DNA of 61,715 nt, the filler included, from Rhabdomonas costata (taxonomy: Eukaryota): the NCBI GenBank assembly GCA_019059605.1. It is 14 parts of 14 records of this genome, joined end to end, with 100 filler letters (N's around TTAATTAATTAA, not from the genome) between each part and the next. Parts side by side here need not be neighbours in the genome. Positions count along the whole stretch, not along the records: positions 30,916 to 35,219 come from JAHMHO010000283.1; positions 35,320 to 39,630 come from JAHMHO010000284.1; positions 39,731 to 44,035 come from JAHMHO010000285.1; positions 44,136 to 48,429 come from JAHMHO010000286.1; 10 more parts are not named here. One strand, 5' to 3'. Positions 32,055-44,189 of this stretch are shown here, in pieces. Under the pieces are notes generated by a model, which did no database searches, was not told the DNA's origin, and worked only from the letters and a program-made list of their open reading frames with translations. Within the stretch, counting starts at the first letter, position 1; every line of letters starts with the position of its first letter. A program made the position numbers and the translations under genes.

Positions 32055-34135
32055 ATGCTTCGCTTTTGCCCTGTTGCGGCACTCTGCCTTGCCCGCCGTG
32101 GACTCTCGCAGCCCCTGAAGTTGTCCGTGTGCTCCCACGTTGTCTCGAGAAGTGGGGCAGGCGTGCTGTGGCTGCGGCCGGTGCGGAGCTACGGCAGTGG
32201 GGTGTTCGAAGGCCCCGGAGCCACCGCCCCACAGAAGCCCCCAGAGCTGTCGGACTTTGTCGAGCCCCTTCAAGGCGAGCACCAGGTTCCCCTCTAATGA
32301 AGCTAAGTGTCACCAGCGCCATCAGTGGAACTGGTCCACGCAGGGTTTGGGTGGTAGTGCGTGAAGCCTGGGATGCTACATCCTGGAATTCCTCGGCTTC
32401 GTCAGATGAACCCTGGTCGAGAAACACTGCCAATATTCCCTCATCTCAAACGATCCAAAGGTGTCCGATTGGAGGGGGGGCAGTTCCGCAGTTCCGAAAG
32501 ACCGTTGGCGTTTGTGGCACTTCGCTGTCAAAGTATTCAAATATGCCGGAAGCCCTTGTGTAGGATTTCCTGACACGCTCGGTGTGGGGATTCCAGGTGC
32601 GTGAGTGTGTGGTGGGTTGTATGTGTGTGTGGGGGTGCAGATCATTGAGTCAGCCCTTGGGGCGATGGAGGGCTACTGCATCGCCCTGCGAAGGGAGCTC
32701 AAGGAGGCCGACCAGAAGGACCTCGCCCTGTTTGTCACCTTTCTCAAGGAGTACGTCGACCAAAAGGTGCACCTACCCTAACTCACTCGGATTATGAGTT
32801 TCTCTGTTGCCCGAGAGGAAGACCTTCAAATGGACCTGTTGCATTTTTGGTGGTGGTGGTGGTGGGGAGGGGTTGTTAAAACTGTAACACTATTAAGCGA
32901 TCCGAAATTTGAAGGCAAAAAAGTCGTCATTTGGGCCGCAGTGGCACAATAGACCCACCTCCGTGCTCGACAAATAACTTTGATGCTGTTTAACATTTGA
33001 GGCGATGTGGTAGTAGTGTACTTAATTTATTGTTGTAAATTCAAGGCTCTTGATTGACCTTCCTGCACGTCCCCGGCTCATCCGTTTGCTCTTGCCGCGC
33101 CGCGCCGCGGACTGTTCGCGCCGCGCCGCGCGCTGTTCCAGTCTAGCCCAGAGTTGCGCAGCTCCAAGCCCTTTCCTAACAGCGGCCTCTCCTCCACTAA
33201 CGGGCTCGCTCGCTTCCTATTTTACTAGTTCTTTCTTTTGAATTCTTCTCTTCTTCTTGCTGGGGCAGCACATCAAGAAGGAGGAGGGCATCCTGCTGCC
33301 AGCGCTGTCCGGCCGTCTTGCCGCGGGTGGAGTGCAGCAGCTGTACGCGGAACACAAGAAGATCCGCGAGGGCACAGCGAAGCTGGCCAGCTTGGTGCAG
33401 GCTTGGGACCGCAAGCCCGTGGTGAAGCACGGGCTCGACCTCCTCAAAACCATTCGCGTGCACATGGAGATGGAGGACCGCGGGCTCTTTCCTGTGGTGT
33501 GTATACGTATGCGGTTTGTTGACTGGGTGGGTGCCAAAGTTGGAGCATGGCTTATACGCTCAAATGAGTCTCTGCCGAGCAGCAACTCGACAAGTAGCGG
33601 CAGAATACTCGTCAATTCGGTATTCCCTGTAGGCAAAAAAGCCCGCCAACAAAGTAATGCCTCGTGCCGTGTGTCCGTTCGCTGCTGAACGACACTCGGC
33701 AAGTCGTTCGTGCCGAAGCAAGCCATCTCCACAACGAGGCATCTACTGGTGTAACAGGGGGAGTCCTGAGTTTGATGAGAGTATCAACGTTGACTTCGAG
33801 CTGATCCCGGTGCCTGATTATCTTAGTGGGACTACTTTTACCCTCCAACTTGAGCGTTATTGAAATTATCAAGCACAAGAAGAAATAATGTGAAACGAAA
33901 GTGAAAGGGGAATTCCAGGACACCAGTTGCTGTGTAGTGCAACAAAATGCAAGGCTTTTCGGTTTTCCGCCGCTCCTCACCGGGTGCGCAGGTGTGTAAC
34001 ACCGTCCCCTCGGCCGCGATTCCAGCGATCGCCGAGAAGTTTACCGCTGAGAATGAGCGGTGGAAGGCTCGCACCAAGGAGCTCGAGGACATGGCCTTGG
34101 TTTTGGTGAAGAAGTACATGCGATATGTCCCGTGA
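32055..34135 (+). CDS. Hemerythrin/HHE cation-binding domain protein with an N-terminal mitochondrial-type presequence. Complete, 242 aa. Exons 32055-32285, 32641-32766, 33269-33496, 33992-34135
   Basis: The spliced product reads MLRFCPVAALCLARRGLS...LQGEHQIIESALGAME...FVTFLKEYVDQKHIKKEEGILLPAL...LYAEHKKIRE...IRVHMEMEDRGLFPV...KKYMRYVP*. It has three phase-0 GT-AG introns and two EH / HxxxE repeats. Confidence 0.88.
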
Positions 34136-34723
34136 GCTACTTGAGATGGCCGCACTTGGGGGTGTTGGCGGCTGTCGCCCGTCTGTGTGTGTGTGCACTT
34201 GGTTGCGCAAGGGAGAGTGTATCAACTTGCGTGTGCGCGGAGGCGCGTGTACGTCTATCTATCGGTGTGGTGTACAGCACTGCAACTTCTCTGCGGTATA
34301 TGGCGGGCCCTTGATTGCCAAGTTTGAAGATGCTTTCCGCTTCTTAAATAGGTGGGTTCCTCCGGCGACTTAAGGGAGCTGAACGATTTTTTTGCTGCGA
34401 CATCTGGACACTTTTTTTGGGGCGGGTCTCTTGATTCGGGCCAATTTTTTTCACTGAGATGATCCATTTTTAGGGGAGGCTACCCAGATGATGGCCAGGA
34501 TCCCATTATATATGGATTGCTTTACCGGAATCGTGGAAGGAAGTGGTGAGGAGAGCGGGCCAAACCCTCTCTGATGCGCTTCGGCTGTGCCCTGAAAAAG
34601 TTTGCGGGATCGATGGGTTAGGAAGGGAATTCAACCACCTGATCTGATACAGCGAGGTAACAATTTGGGCACACGTTCCGATCGTTCCAGTGCATCAATC
34701 ATTCCAATTTTATAGTGACTGAA

Positions 34724-35219
34724 ATGGATAAGGCACCAGATCTCCAGGCATCAGATCTCTCCAACCCCCTGGAAGCTGCCCCAGACCCTGCGGTTTCACC
34801 CGCGAGTGAAGTGGAACTGCGGCTTCAAGTCAGCCTGCTTCACACCGAGCTTGCCTCAGTGTATTCCGAAGTCGCCCGGCTTCACTCTTTGACCCGCGAG
34901 CTGAATGACCTGCGAGCTGAGCACGACCGACTGGAGAAGGAGAAGCGAGAAGTCGATCTGAAGAAGCAGCGGAGCGCGAATCTGGTTGCCGCGACCTGGC
35001 AGGAGATTCGTCAGCTTCAGGAGCAGGTCGCCGCATTGCGGCCTAGCCTGTTCAACCCACAACCCCCTTATGCTTGGAATCGGGCTCGCTTTGCCTTCAC
35101 TGGTGGCGGTGCTGGTGGAGGGGGCCCTCGGCCGAGCTTTCTGGTGCATTCCCCGCACTCTCCTTCGGATGTGGAGGCACTGGTGGAGGAGCTGATGGCC
35201 TGTCGCGGACGCTACAGCA
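34724..35219 (+). CDS. Coiled-coil hypothetical protein, 3' truncated
   Basis: The frame is open from ATG 34724 to the contig end, with a heptad-like LHTELASVYSEVARLHSLTRELNDLRAEHDRLEKEK segment. Confidence 0.65.
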
Positions 35220-35319
35220 NNNNNNNNNNNNNNNNNNNNNNNNNNNNNNNNNNNNNNNNNNNNTTAATTAATTAANNNNNNNNNNNNNNNNNNNNNNNNN
35301 NNNNNNNNNNNNNNNNNNN

Positions 35320-37029
35320 GCAGTGTCGAGGGGTTGGCCTCCCCGGGATACGGCGGCAGGGGCGACGATGGTGAAAACGGCGACGATGACGAGTTCTTCG
35401 CCGACGGCACGGAGCTGTGCAGCACAGCAGATTTGGGGGACCACGACGGGGACGACCGATGGCTCACCCCGGTCCACGCCAGTCCGGCGCCCGAGGCCCC
35501 TCCCCGGGTCGGAACTGAGGCTGCGGTGGGGGTGGCCTTGGACTGGGGCACCCCTGTAGCGAAGAGGCAGAGAGTTTCCACGGAGCACAGCAGCCCTGGC
35601 GCGGCGGAGGAGGAAAAGGCGGAGCCCAGTCAGCTGGGGAGTGCGCCCGGGAAGGTGCGGGTGTGCTCTAGGTGTGGGTGCAGTCATTTTCTTCCTTTTT
35701 CTTTATCAGGGTGCCCCCAGCGCCGGCCTGCTTGCCTTGTGCTGGTTTGTGTCGTGAGTAGGTGTGAGTTCTGGAAAGAGATTATGCAGAGCTGCTCCCT
35801 CAGCTCGTGTTTCGGGTGTTTTATTTCGCGTCTCGGGTTTTCCGACGCACACACCACTCATCCTGCATTTTTACTGCCACTTCGCAGATGCCAGTGTAAC
35901 TTTTTTAACTGCAGCACCCCCGACACCAGTCTCATATATTGCGCGCGCCACCTTAAAATGTGAGATGTACTGTTAAGGAAGCGTTTTACATTATAGGCGA
36001 TATCTTCTGGGGCAAAAGTCTGCTGTGGAATGTCTGTTAAAAGGTTGAAAAGCATGGTTTTTGGGAGCAGGTATCTCTGCAAACGGCGCACTGAAAGGGG
36101 ACATGGTTTCTCTTATGGTGTTCGACTTCATGGGGTGCTTCAGGGATTTTTCAGGCATTTTTCGGACATCAAAACGACCGTCTGAATGCCATCACATATG
36201 TCGCCTTTGAGGTTCCATTCAGTTTTTCAGAATTATCTCTTCTGCTGTAACTCTGATTCGACATGACACTCGCCATATAACGATAGTTGACCCTCAGAAC
36301 TCAGAAGAATATGTGTAACCCGTTTAAACCTGTCCTCCGACCCTGTATATTGCCATCGTTTTCAGCAAGCACAAAACCCCCTGCCATTTTTGTTTGCACC
36401 AGCAGCAAAGAAAGGTTTTGTTTGCTACGAAAATGTTCGAATTTTGCACTCGTAGGGAATGCTACCACATCGCACATGCAGGTTGTGTGGCATGTGGTGC
36501 TGACGCGGATGGTTTTTCTGATTATAAGCATAATACAGTGGAAAGTCGAAAATCAAGAACTCCTTGGTTTTGAGCTTACGGTGTAACCTACTGTTTTTTT
36601 TGTGTTTGTGTGTGCTTACTGAGTCTCGTCTCTAACGTGCCTTTTTCACTGTGTGGTCAATCTAGTGACTTTTTGCTCATTGGGAGTAATCGCGAGTACC
36701 GCCTGGTTGGGGGGAGAAGGAAAGGACGAAGTCGTCCTGGCGAAGTGAGTTTGCCCCGTGCCCAAACCAGGAGGGTGCGGCATCATCCCATCTTCATGGC
36801 CCAATCCGCGAGGTCTTTGGACAGTTACACACACCCCTCGAGATCGAAATCTTCAGTACTACGCGCGCGCCCACGTTTCATTTTTGTCTCTCCTATGTGT
36901 GTTTGTATTTTTTTTGGGTACCTTCTGTGAATGTATTTCTTGCCGCACATACCTTACCCCCTATCGACACTTAACCTTGTCTTGCAGGGCTTCGCAGAGG
37001 AGGAGGATGGGGAAATGCAGTTCTCGTGA
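35320..37029 (+). CDS. 3' part of an acidic low-complexity hypothetical protein
   Basis: Exon 35320-~35654 (DDGENGDDDEFFADG...PGK|gtgcgg) and a probable last exon ttgcag|GFAEEEDGEMQFS* ending at ~37029. Confidence 0.45.
35935..36279 (-). mobile_element. MITE-like dispersed repeat family A, copy 2 (probably intronic)
   Basis: Reverse-complement homolog of 3619-3983. The ends tatattgcgcgcgccacc and gacactcgccatata are imperfectly complementary and TA-rich. Confidence 0.7.
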
Positions 37030-37759
37030 AGTTCACGCGGAAGGGCAGCGCGCTGCGGTGCCATGAGCGCCGCTCTGCTCTGTGGCTTTGCCCAACCCAT
37101 TGCCCTGTTTTCGCTCGGGAGATGTGTTTACGTCGTGGTGCGCTCGGTCCTGTCTTTTGTTTTTCCATTCTCTGGCTCTCCTTTGACTTTTTGTGCTCTT
37201 TTCGATGCCTCTGTAACTTGTTCGGGTTGGTGGGTGCGCTTTCTTCAGAGCGCGCCTTCTTTCTACAGGTGGGCCCTGTGGTTGTGGGCTGTGTGAGGAG
37301 GAGTGTACTGCTATTAGTGCTGTGCCTGTGAAGGTGTGCGTGGGATCAGCATCCTGTTGCCTTGTGACCAGGCACATCCAGAAAGGCGAACGAGCGGGAT
37401 CGGAGTTGTGTGGAAAAATGCAGCCAAAAAAGTTTGAGAATTGGGTCTGAATAATGGATACTATTTCTGGGGCTGTTGAATTTCTTGAGAGGTGGGGGGG
37501 GGGCGTTAAACGTTTAACACTGTTAAACACCAAAAGGTTTGGGTGGCCATAGCACGTCCCCGCCTCGTCCGTCGCGGCGGTTTGCCTCCGCCCCTAAACT
37601 ATTGTTGTCCCAGTCGATCGGTATAGCCCCCCCCTTAATTTCCATGTATTGCTCCGCTTGTTTTTTTTCTTTGTTCAAGGCTTTTTCCCTCCCCCTTTTT
37701 TCTTTGGTTCTTCATTCTTCACTTTTTTCGATTCTGCTTTCTGTTTTTGCTGTCGGAAA

Positions 37760-38272
37760 ATGTCGGCCTACCGCTCCATCAAAGGGTACTATGGCATGAA
37801 CCATGTCCATGGCTTTGCCACGCCAAAGCTTCGGCATGTGAAGCCCCTGTGGAAGCGGACGGTCAGCCTGGATCGCATCAACAAAAGCCTTGACCACTGG
37901 CGGATCAACCAGCAGATGTTCCTCTTCAGCAAATCCAATCCGTGGCTCTTCCCGGTTCGGATGCACCACCCACCGCACGCCAACCAACAAAGCCTGTCTA
38001 GTGTTTGGACGATCTTTAAACGATTTCCTCTGTACCTGTGCATTTACTTTGCCAGCCAAGAAACAGTGAAGCTTGAGGCAGTGGGAGAGTGTCTGAAAGC
38101 CTGCTATAGGCAGACCTCCAAAACCATGCCCATGCCTTGTGCACGAAGTGTGTGTGTGTGTTTCTTTCTTGCAATCTCTCTCTCATTCCGCTGCCGGGAA
38201 CGCTTTCAGGGCACGAAGAGGGACTGGCTTGGGGCGAAGGTCACCGCGACTCTGGAGGTCAAGCCAGAGCCG
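37760..38272 (+). CDS. Hypothetical basic protein, first two exons (37760-37954, 38210-38272); may continue near 39350-39583
   Basis: MSAYRSIKGYYGMNHVHGFATPKLRHVKPLWKRTVSLDRINKSLDHWRINQQMFLFSKSNPWLFP|GTKRDWLGAKVTATLEVKPEP, with strong GC3 bias and a phase-0 GT-AG intron. Confidence 0.65.
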
Positions 38273-38984
38273 GTCTGCTGTTGCATGAGCACCACACCCA
38301 CACACAGACACACAGACAAACACACACACCTCCCATAAACCCCTCTCCCTTTTCTGTTTCTGTGGGGGTTTCTTTTTCTCGGTTGGGCAAGTATTCGTTT
38401 TGTGGGTGAACCACACAACCCTATAACACCCCAAATTGAGAAATTAGTATGTGACATTTCTTTTAGCTTATGCTTATGCCACCGCTGGTCCTGGCACGCC
38501 CTTGCTCGAAGCGGGCTGGTGTTCTGTACGGCAGCGCGGATGCTCCAGGGAGCCAGGGAGCTTCGGTACACTTGGGGTTCGGTTTTGCCCTTTGGGAAAA
38601 AGTCAGGGACGGACAAGTCTGGTGATTTTGGGGCCTCGACCGAACTCGACTGAACCCTTTCCTGGAACCCGCGAAAAGATTGATGCCGCGGTTTCAGGCC
38701 GGGCCGCGTTTTTTTTTTGAAACGATGTCTTCCTTAAGGAAAACGTGGCGATGCTCCAGTAGGGGAAGGAAGTTTTCCTCTTCCTCCAGCATCCACAACA
38801 ACATCAACAGTCGCCAGTCCCACGGGCCACTGTAAGGCCCACCTTTAAGAGTAACGGAAGAAAGCCGAGGGGAGCAACTGCCTGGAAGCCATCTCGTGGG
38901 GGCCGGTGGACCCTCATTGTGCAGTTTACTTCACTGCGCGTCAGGGTGGAAGTGGTCCATTCAGTCATGATGATTGATAGTTGC

Positions 38985-39038
38985 CTTGTCCTTGTCCTTG
39001 TCCTTGTCCTTGTCCTTGTCCTTGTCCTTGTCCTTGTC
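38985..39038. repeat. (CTTGTC)n hexanucleotide microsatellite, about 9 units
   Basis: Directly visible. Confidence 0.95.
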
Positions 39039-39905
39039 TTTCCCATTGAGGGCCGTTGCACCAGCGGGACCTTATTTTGGAATTTAGGCCTGGTGGTTCC
39101 CGTGCGGTCGCCAAGCCATTATAGGCTGGACGAAGGAGCCGCTGGATGATGCCCAAGGCTCGAACAATGGGGTTAGCCGCTGGCTGTCAGGCTGCACAGT
39201 ATTGCCCCCCCCCCCCACTTCTCGAAAACAAACCTAAAATCCACCCAGAAAGAAGCGATGAGCTCATGTTGTGAGGCCACCGAAGCCATCAAAGCAGATC
39301 AGGAAGAGACCACCGACCCACCACTCCTATGGGTTCGGGGGGCTGCTCTTCAGATCCACATGAAAGGCCTGGTGTTCGACATCAACGGGTCTCTTTCCTC
39401 GAAGATTGGGTCCTCCTTGACAATCTTTGAGCCGGACGAGTCCGGGGCGGAGAACCCCCGGCTGATCACCGTGCCATGGATCACCCCTTGCTTAAGATGA
39501 AGGTGGAGCGGACTCCTTTTCAGGTTCAGGACTACAAGGCTGCCCGTATAGCCTGGTGGCTGGCGCTGAAGAACTATCCATGAAGGGTTGTGGTGAATGG
39601 AAAGGACTTGGGCTTCCCTTCACCACACCCNNNNNNNNNNNNNNNNNNNNNNNNNNNNNNNNNNNNNNNNNNNNTTAATTAATTAANNNNNNNNNNNNNN
39701 NNNNNNNNNNNNNNNNNNNNNNNNNNNNNNGGTTGTGGTGGATTTATAAGCAAAAAATTGTATAGATCTCAGGATCTCAGGTTTCAGATAGAAGCGGAAG
39801 AAAGGCCCATCATCCATTTTATTTTCCATTTCTATCTGAAACCTGAGATCCTGAGATCTATACAATTTTTTGCTTATAAATCCACGGCACAAGCACGGCA
39901 CACAC

Positions 39906-42900
39906 CACGTCCTCATTCTCCTGCTGCAGGACGGAGCACGTGGAGTAGACCACGCGGCGGACCTCTGGGAAGTTAAAAGCATGCCGCAGAAGCTTCACCT
40001 GCAGCGCGGAGAGCTTCTTCACACGCGCCTTATCTTCGGGACCTGTGCAACAAAATGCGATTGCCATGTGCTCCCATCACTTTGGGAGCCGCCACGCCTC
40101 TTCCCTCCTAAGCAACACTACCACACGCAGTTTTAAGCTTGTGTTGTTGTGCTGCAAAAAAAATTTGCACAGGGTGCGGTTGACATACGCGACGGCAGGC
40201 CCTCGGAGAATTGTAGGGTGTGAGGTGCACTTGTGATCACGACATCCCGACCAGTGCACGGCAGCGCACAGGAAGCAATATGCAATGGCAAGAAGACTGC
40301 CGAACATCCCGACCCCTCCCCCTTGCACCACCTACGCAACATTACGTGAGGGTTGCTGTGGGACCATCCGGCAGAGAAAGGGACACAAATGAAGAAAGTA
40401 GGAACGCACTCTCAGGCCCAGGGTTGAGGCTCTTGGTGCGAAAGTGGCCGGGACCAGTGAGCCTCTTCTTCTTCTTCGCCCGAGTCTCCGCGTCCTCGTA
40501 CGCAGCCTCACCCTTTCCGCTGGCGCCCTGCCCAATCCGCGCCCCACCCACCCCAACTTAGGAGGCTCACACTCTCCGCTTCAACCACTGTACCAGCCTA
40601 AACTGGGGTCTCACAACACTCTTTGGAAAAAGTTTCTGGGACACTAATCCCCCCCCCCAAAAAAAGACATGTAGTGTACAGCAGAATGCCCGCCCTTGGT
40701 CTGCCAAACTGCTTTGACAGAGCAATGCAATGACCACACCACCCGACATCTGCACAGGCATGCTACGCAAGCAAGCGTGTGAAATACTCCCATACAAACC
40801 TCAAAGGCCGACGTAATCGCATGACTGTCACGAAATCGCACATTTCATAGCACAAACAACAGGATTGGACTGAGCCTCAGGCAGGGGTCGGGAGGCGAGG
40901 AGGCAGGGGGGAGGGGAGCAACCTTCGCGTCACTTTTCTCGCTGTCGTCAGAGTCCGTGTCGTCCCCCACTGTGGGAAAGCCCTGCACCGGCTTCATTAC
41001 TGAGGATTCCTCGTTGCTAGCTCCAGGGTAGGACACCCGCTGCCCTTTGAAATGGGAGAATCGGTAAACGCTTTTTTGGGCGGGCGGGTAGGCAGGTGAT
41101 TATTTTCCGAGCTATACTGCCAGCGCTATTTGAAGAGCATGCGGCAGTCTCTACTTCAGCAGAGACCAGAGCGGGAAGAATTTAACAGAAGAAAGACAGA
41201 ACAGATTGAAAAAGAACAGTACAACGAAGAAAGAAACACTGCCAACGCCTAAGGAATAAAAACAAAAGTTAGTTGAATACGATTGACAAGCACATCATTA
41301 CGACTACGGAGGGGTTGAATGACCCGACCCATCCCGCAAACCAGTCCCTAAAGACGTCGAGACGGCCGAGGAAGCAGGTCACAACCTAAAAATCAGTTCA
41401 TCGTCAATAACGTCACACAAGGTGGCAAACTCACGATTCCAATTTATTGCGAAATTCTCCCAGAAGCCAACCACGGGCAGCCTGTATGCTTAAAAAGAAA
41501 ACCAGGAACACCGAGTGGGCATCACCTGCAATGATGGAGCTGTGGTACTTCATCACAGAACTTTCTCCGCGGCGAATGATTCCTTTTCGGAAGATCAGAT
41601 CCCCAAATGTAGGGTGGGTGGGTAGCCATGCAGCAAACCAGCACCAGAGGCGTTGAGCAAGTAGCTCAGCTATCTTATTTCCCATATATTCCACCAATCA
41701 TCAAATGCAGACCACCAGGCCCTCTTTTACACACATTCATATCTAATTTTGTTGCTGTTCTATCTCGCAGTTGGGGGTTCTCCACTCTTGTGTCAACTCA
41801 TGACAAACAGAAGATCCCAAAAATGCACAGCCAGAAGGGTGAAGTCCTAACTGGCTAACGGGCAAGAAAATCATCACGCAGGAAGCAATCAATCGCGAAA
41901 TGTAAAACATTAGCGTTGGTGCACAGGATCCGACGCACACCTGAGCCGGTGCAACTGGGGTCCACAAGAATTCCCGTGGTATCCCTGACAAAAAACAGCA
42001 CTGCTTACACATAACAGAAAAAATCAGTCCATAAAGTGCACCCCGCTGACCACACGCAAATTGAGCATGGAGGTCAGAGCTGTGCTCGCGCCGACAGAGA
42101 AGTGCGAAGATTACAACAAAAGCTAACGCCAGTTACTGAGACCGGCAACAGAAGTGAAAAAAATGGAGTGGAGTGAGGAGCGGAGGAAGAATAGGAGTGG
42201 GCGTGCACGAAACAACATCACAACACCCTGGAAATGGGAGAAACGGGGGAGTTTCCAGAACAAGCAGAGGGGGGCATTCACAAGACATGCAGAAGAGCGT
42301 GTTCATTGGGGAAAAGAACGAATGGGGAACCTGTTCCGCGGGTCGTTGGGGTCAACGTTGAGGAAGGACTTGTGCATGCAAGTAACGTGGGTGATCCCAA
42401 GGTTAGCAATGTTGCGCTTCAGGTCCGCCAACCTGGCTTTATTCCTGCACAAAGTCCGGAATCCATTGCGGTTTCTGAGAAACCTTCCGTAGGAATCCTC
42501 TAAAGATGAGGTATGAATATGCTGCTTTCAGGCAGCATTTCGCCTTTTTTAAACCAGCGAGGACCCATCCGCCTGTTTCAGGATTCTTGCCAGTTGCTCC
42601 TCACAAAACTGAGAGACTATTCAGTTTCACACACTCGAAGCTATCACGTAAACATGGCATAATCTGTCTGCTTTGAGGCAGCAGGCTCAGCAGCACAGCC
42701 TGGCACATTAAGTCGTTGACTTCTCACATTCAGCTTGGGTGACAATCGGGCGGAGAGGTTATATAATCGGCGATGATAGCCCAAATGTCCATTTCCGAAA
42801 TACACCACCCACCCACAAGGCCAAATGTAACTGGGTGAGGTCCTGCACCACAATGTCCTCCGAACTGTGATAGTGCATTGTACGCTGCTGGCCTCGGGTG

Positions 42901-43981
42901 CCTGTTGGAGGTACCTCGCAGGAGCGCACGGTGCCGTGCCGTGAGAAAGAGAGGCATTGAAAGCCGGGAGGGCTGTGCAAGGCACCTTTCTACGGCGATG
43001 AAAGAGGTGCACCCCTGAGAAATGCCCGCCGCAGCGGCAAGCTTCATCCCGGGGGCGGCACAGGCGTCCAGGACTTGGGGCATGCGCTCCCTGGAAAGCA
43101 CCATCAGGTGACAGCGCAGAAGAAAGTGAACGCACAGATCGGTTTTGCTGGAGAGCGGCTGTCTGGTGTGCTAAGCGCGCTGTGCGCTGGCGGATGCGGG
43201 GGCTGACTTTTTGTCGCTCTGGTGATCCCGGATATTTTCCGGAGTGTGCTAACCGGTGTGACGCATATTCTCGTTGATTGCCAATTCGCTCACCTCCTGA
43301 TCCCTTTGCCACAGGGGCGCCACGGGTGCAGATCACCACCTGTGACTTTGTGAGTCTCTGAAAGTATGCCGGTCCTTGGATTGTGCGAGTATATGTGAAT
43401 GAAAATGCGTTTGCCAAAGCAGGAGCACGGGATGGTAGAACACAACAAAAGGACAAAAAGAGAGGAGAACTTGCAACAGAAGGCACACAAAGTAGAAATG
43501 ACAATTCTTGTGGTGTACTGTGTTCATGGAATTCTTTGGATGGTAATCTGTGGTGAGGGGGGGCAGCCCTAGGCAGCACAGCGTTGTTGCGCTTGATTTT
43601 GGACAGTACAACCCCTTCCCAACAGCGTCAAATTCTCACTGCTTGAGAAAAGCGAAAGTGAAAGCGAGCCCACCCACTCGTCACCCAAACCGAAAACCCC
43701 GAGAACTTCTGCTCATTGACGATGATTGGTCGTCTCTGTTAAACACCAGTAAGAGGTGCCAGATAATTGTCCCGAGCACCTCCTCCAGGAACAGCACAGA
43801 AAGCGGCGCAAGCAGAGAGCGCCCCATGCACCAGAAAGGTCACAGAAAATGGCGAGACGCACGCCGCACGTACGCTGAGGTGGAGGAAGCGTGGACATTG
43901 AACCGGGCGCCGCCCATCAGCACCATGGCAGGGATGCAGCTGGCCTTGTCCATCAGAATGAACGAACCGTCTTTGACAAGC
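39906..43981 (-). CDS. NSUN5: NSUN5/Rcm1-type rRNA cytosine-C5 methyltransferase, internal part, about 9 exons
   Basis: Exons in order: LVKDGSFILMDKASCIPAMVL; QVLDACAAPGMK; ARLADLKRNIANLGITHV...KSFLNVDPNDP; GILVDPSCTGSG; IIRRG; RVKKLSALQVKLLRHAFNFPEVRRVVYSTCSVLQQENEDV. The HA.xFP..RVVYSTCS context is typical of NSUN5. Confidence 0.88.
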
Positions 43982-44189
43982 CTGAGCGGTGATGAATGAC
44001 CACCGTGCACTGCAGAACTTGCCCCACAACCCCACNNNNNNNNNNNNNNNNNNNNNNNNNNNNNNNNNNNNNNNNNNNNTTAATTAATTAANNNNNNNNN
44101 NNNNNNNNNNNNNNNNNNNNNNNNNNNNNNNNNNNGGGTTGGTGTGGCGATTTGCGCGGAATCAAAATCAAAATTAAAACCAAAATCAA

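Noticed and set aside
38919..39156. ORFs with VLVLVL, TRTRTR or QGQGQG runs, and the poly-C/N/T/V ORFs near 56466-56951
   Set aside because: These are translations of microsatellites, not proteins.
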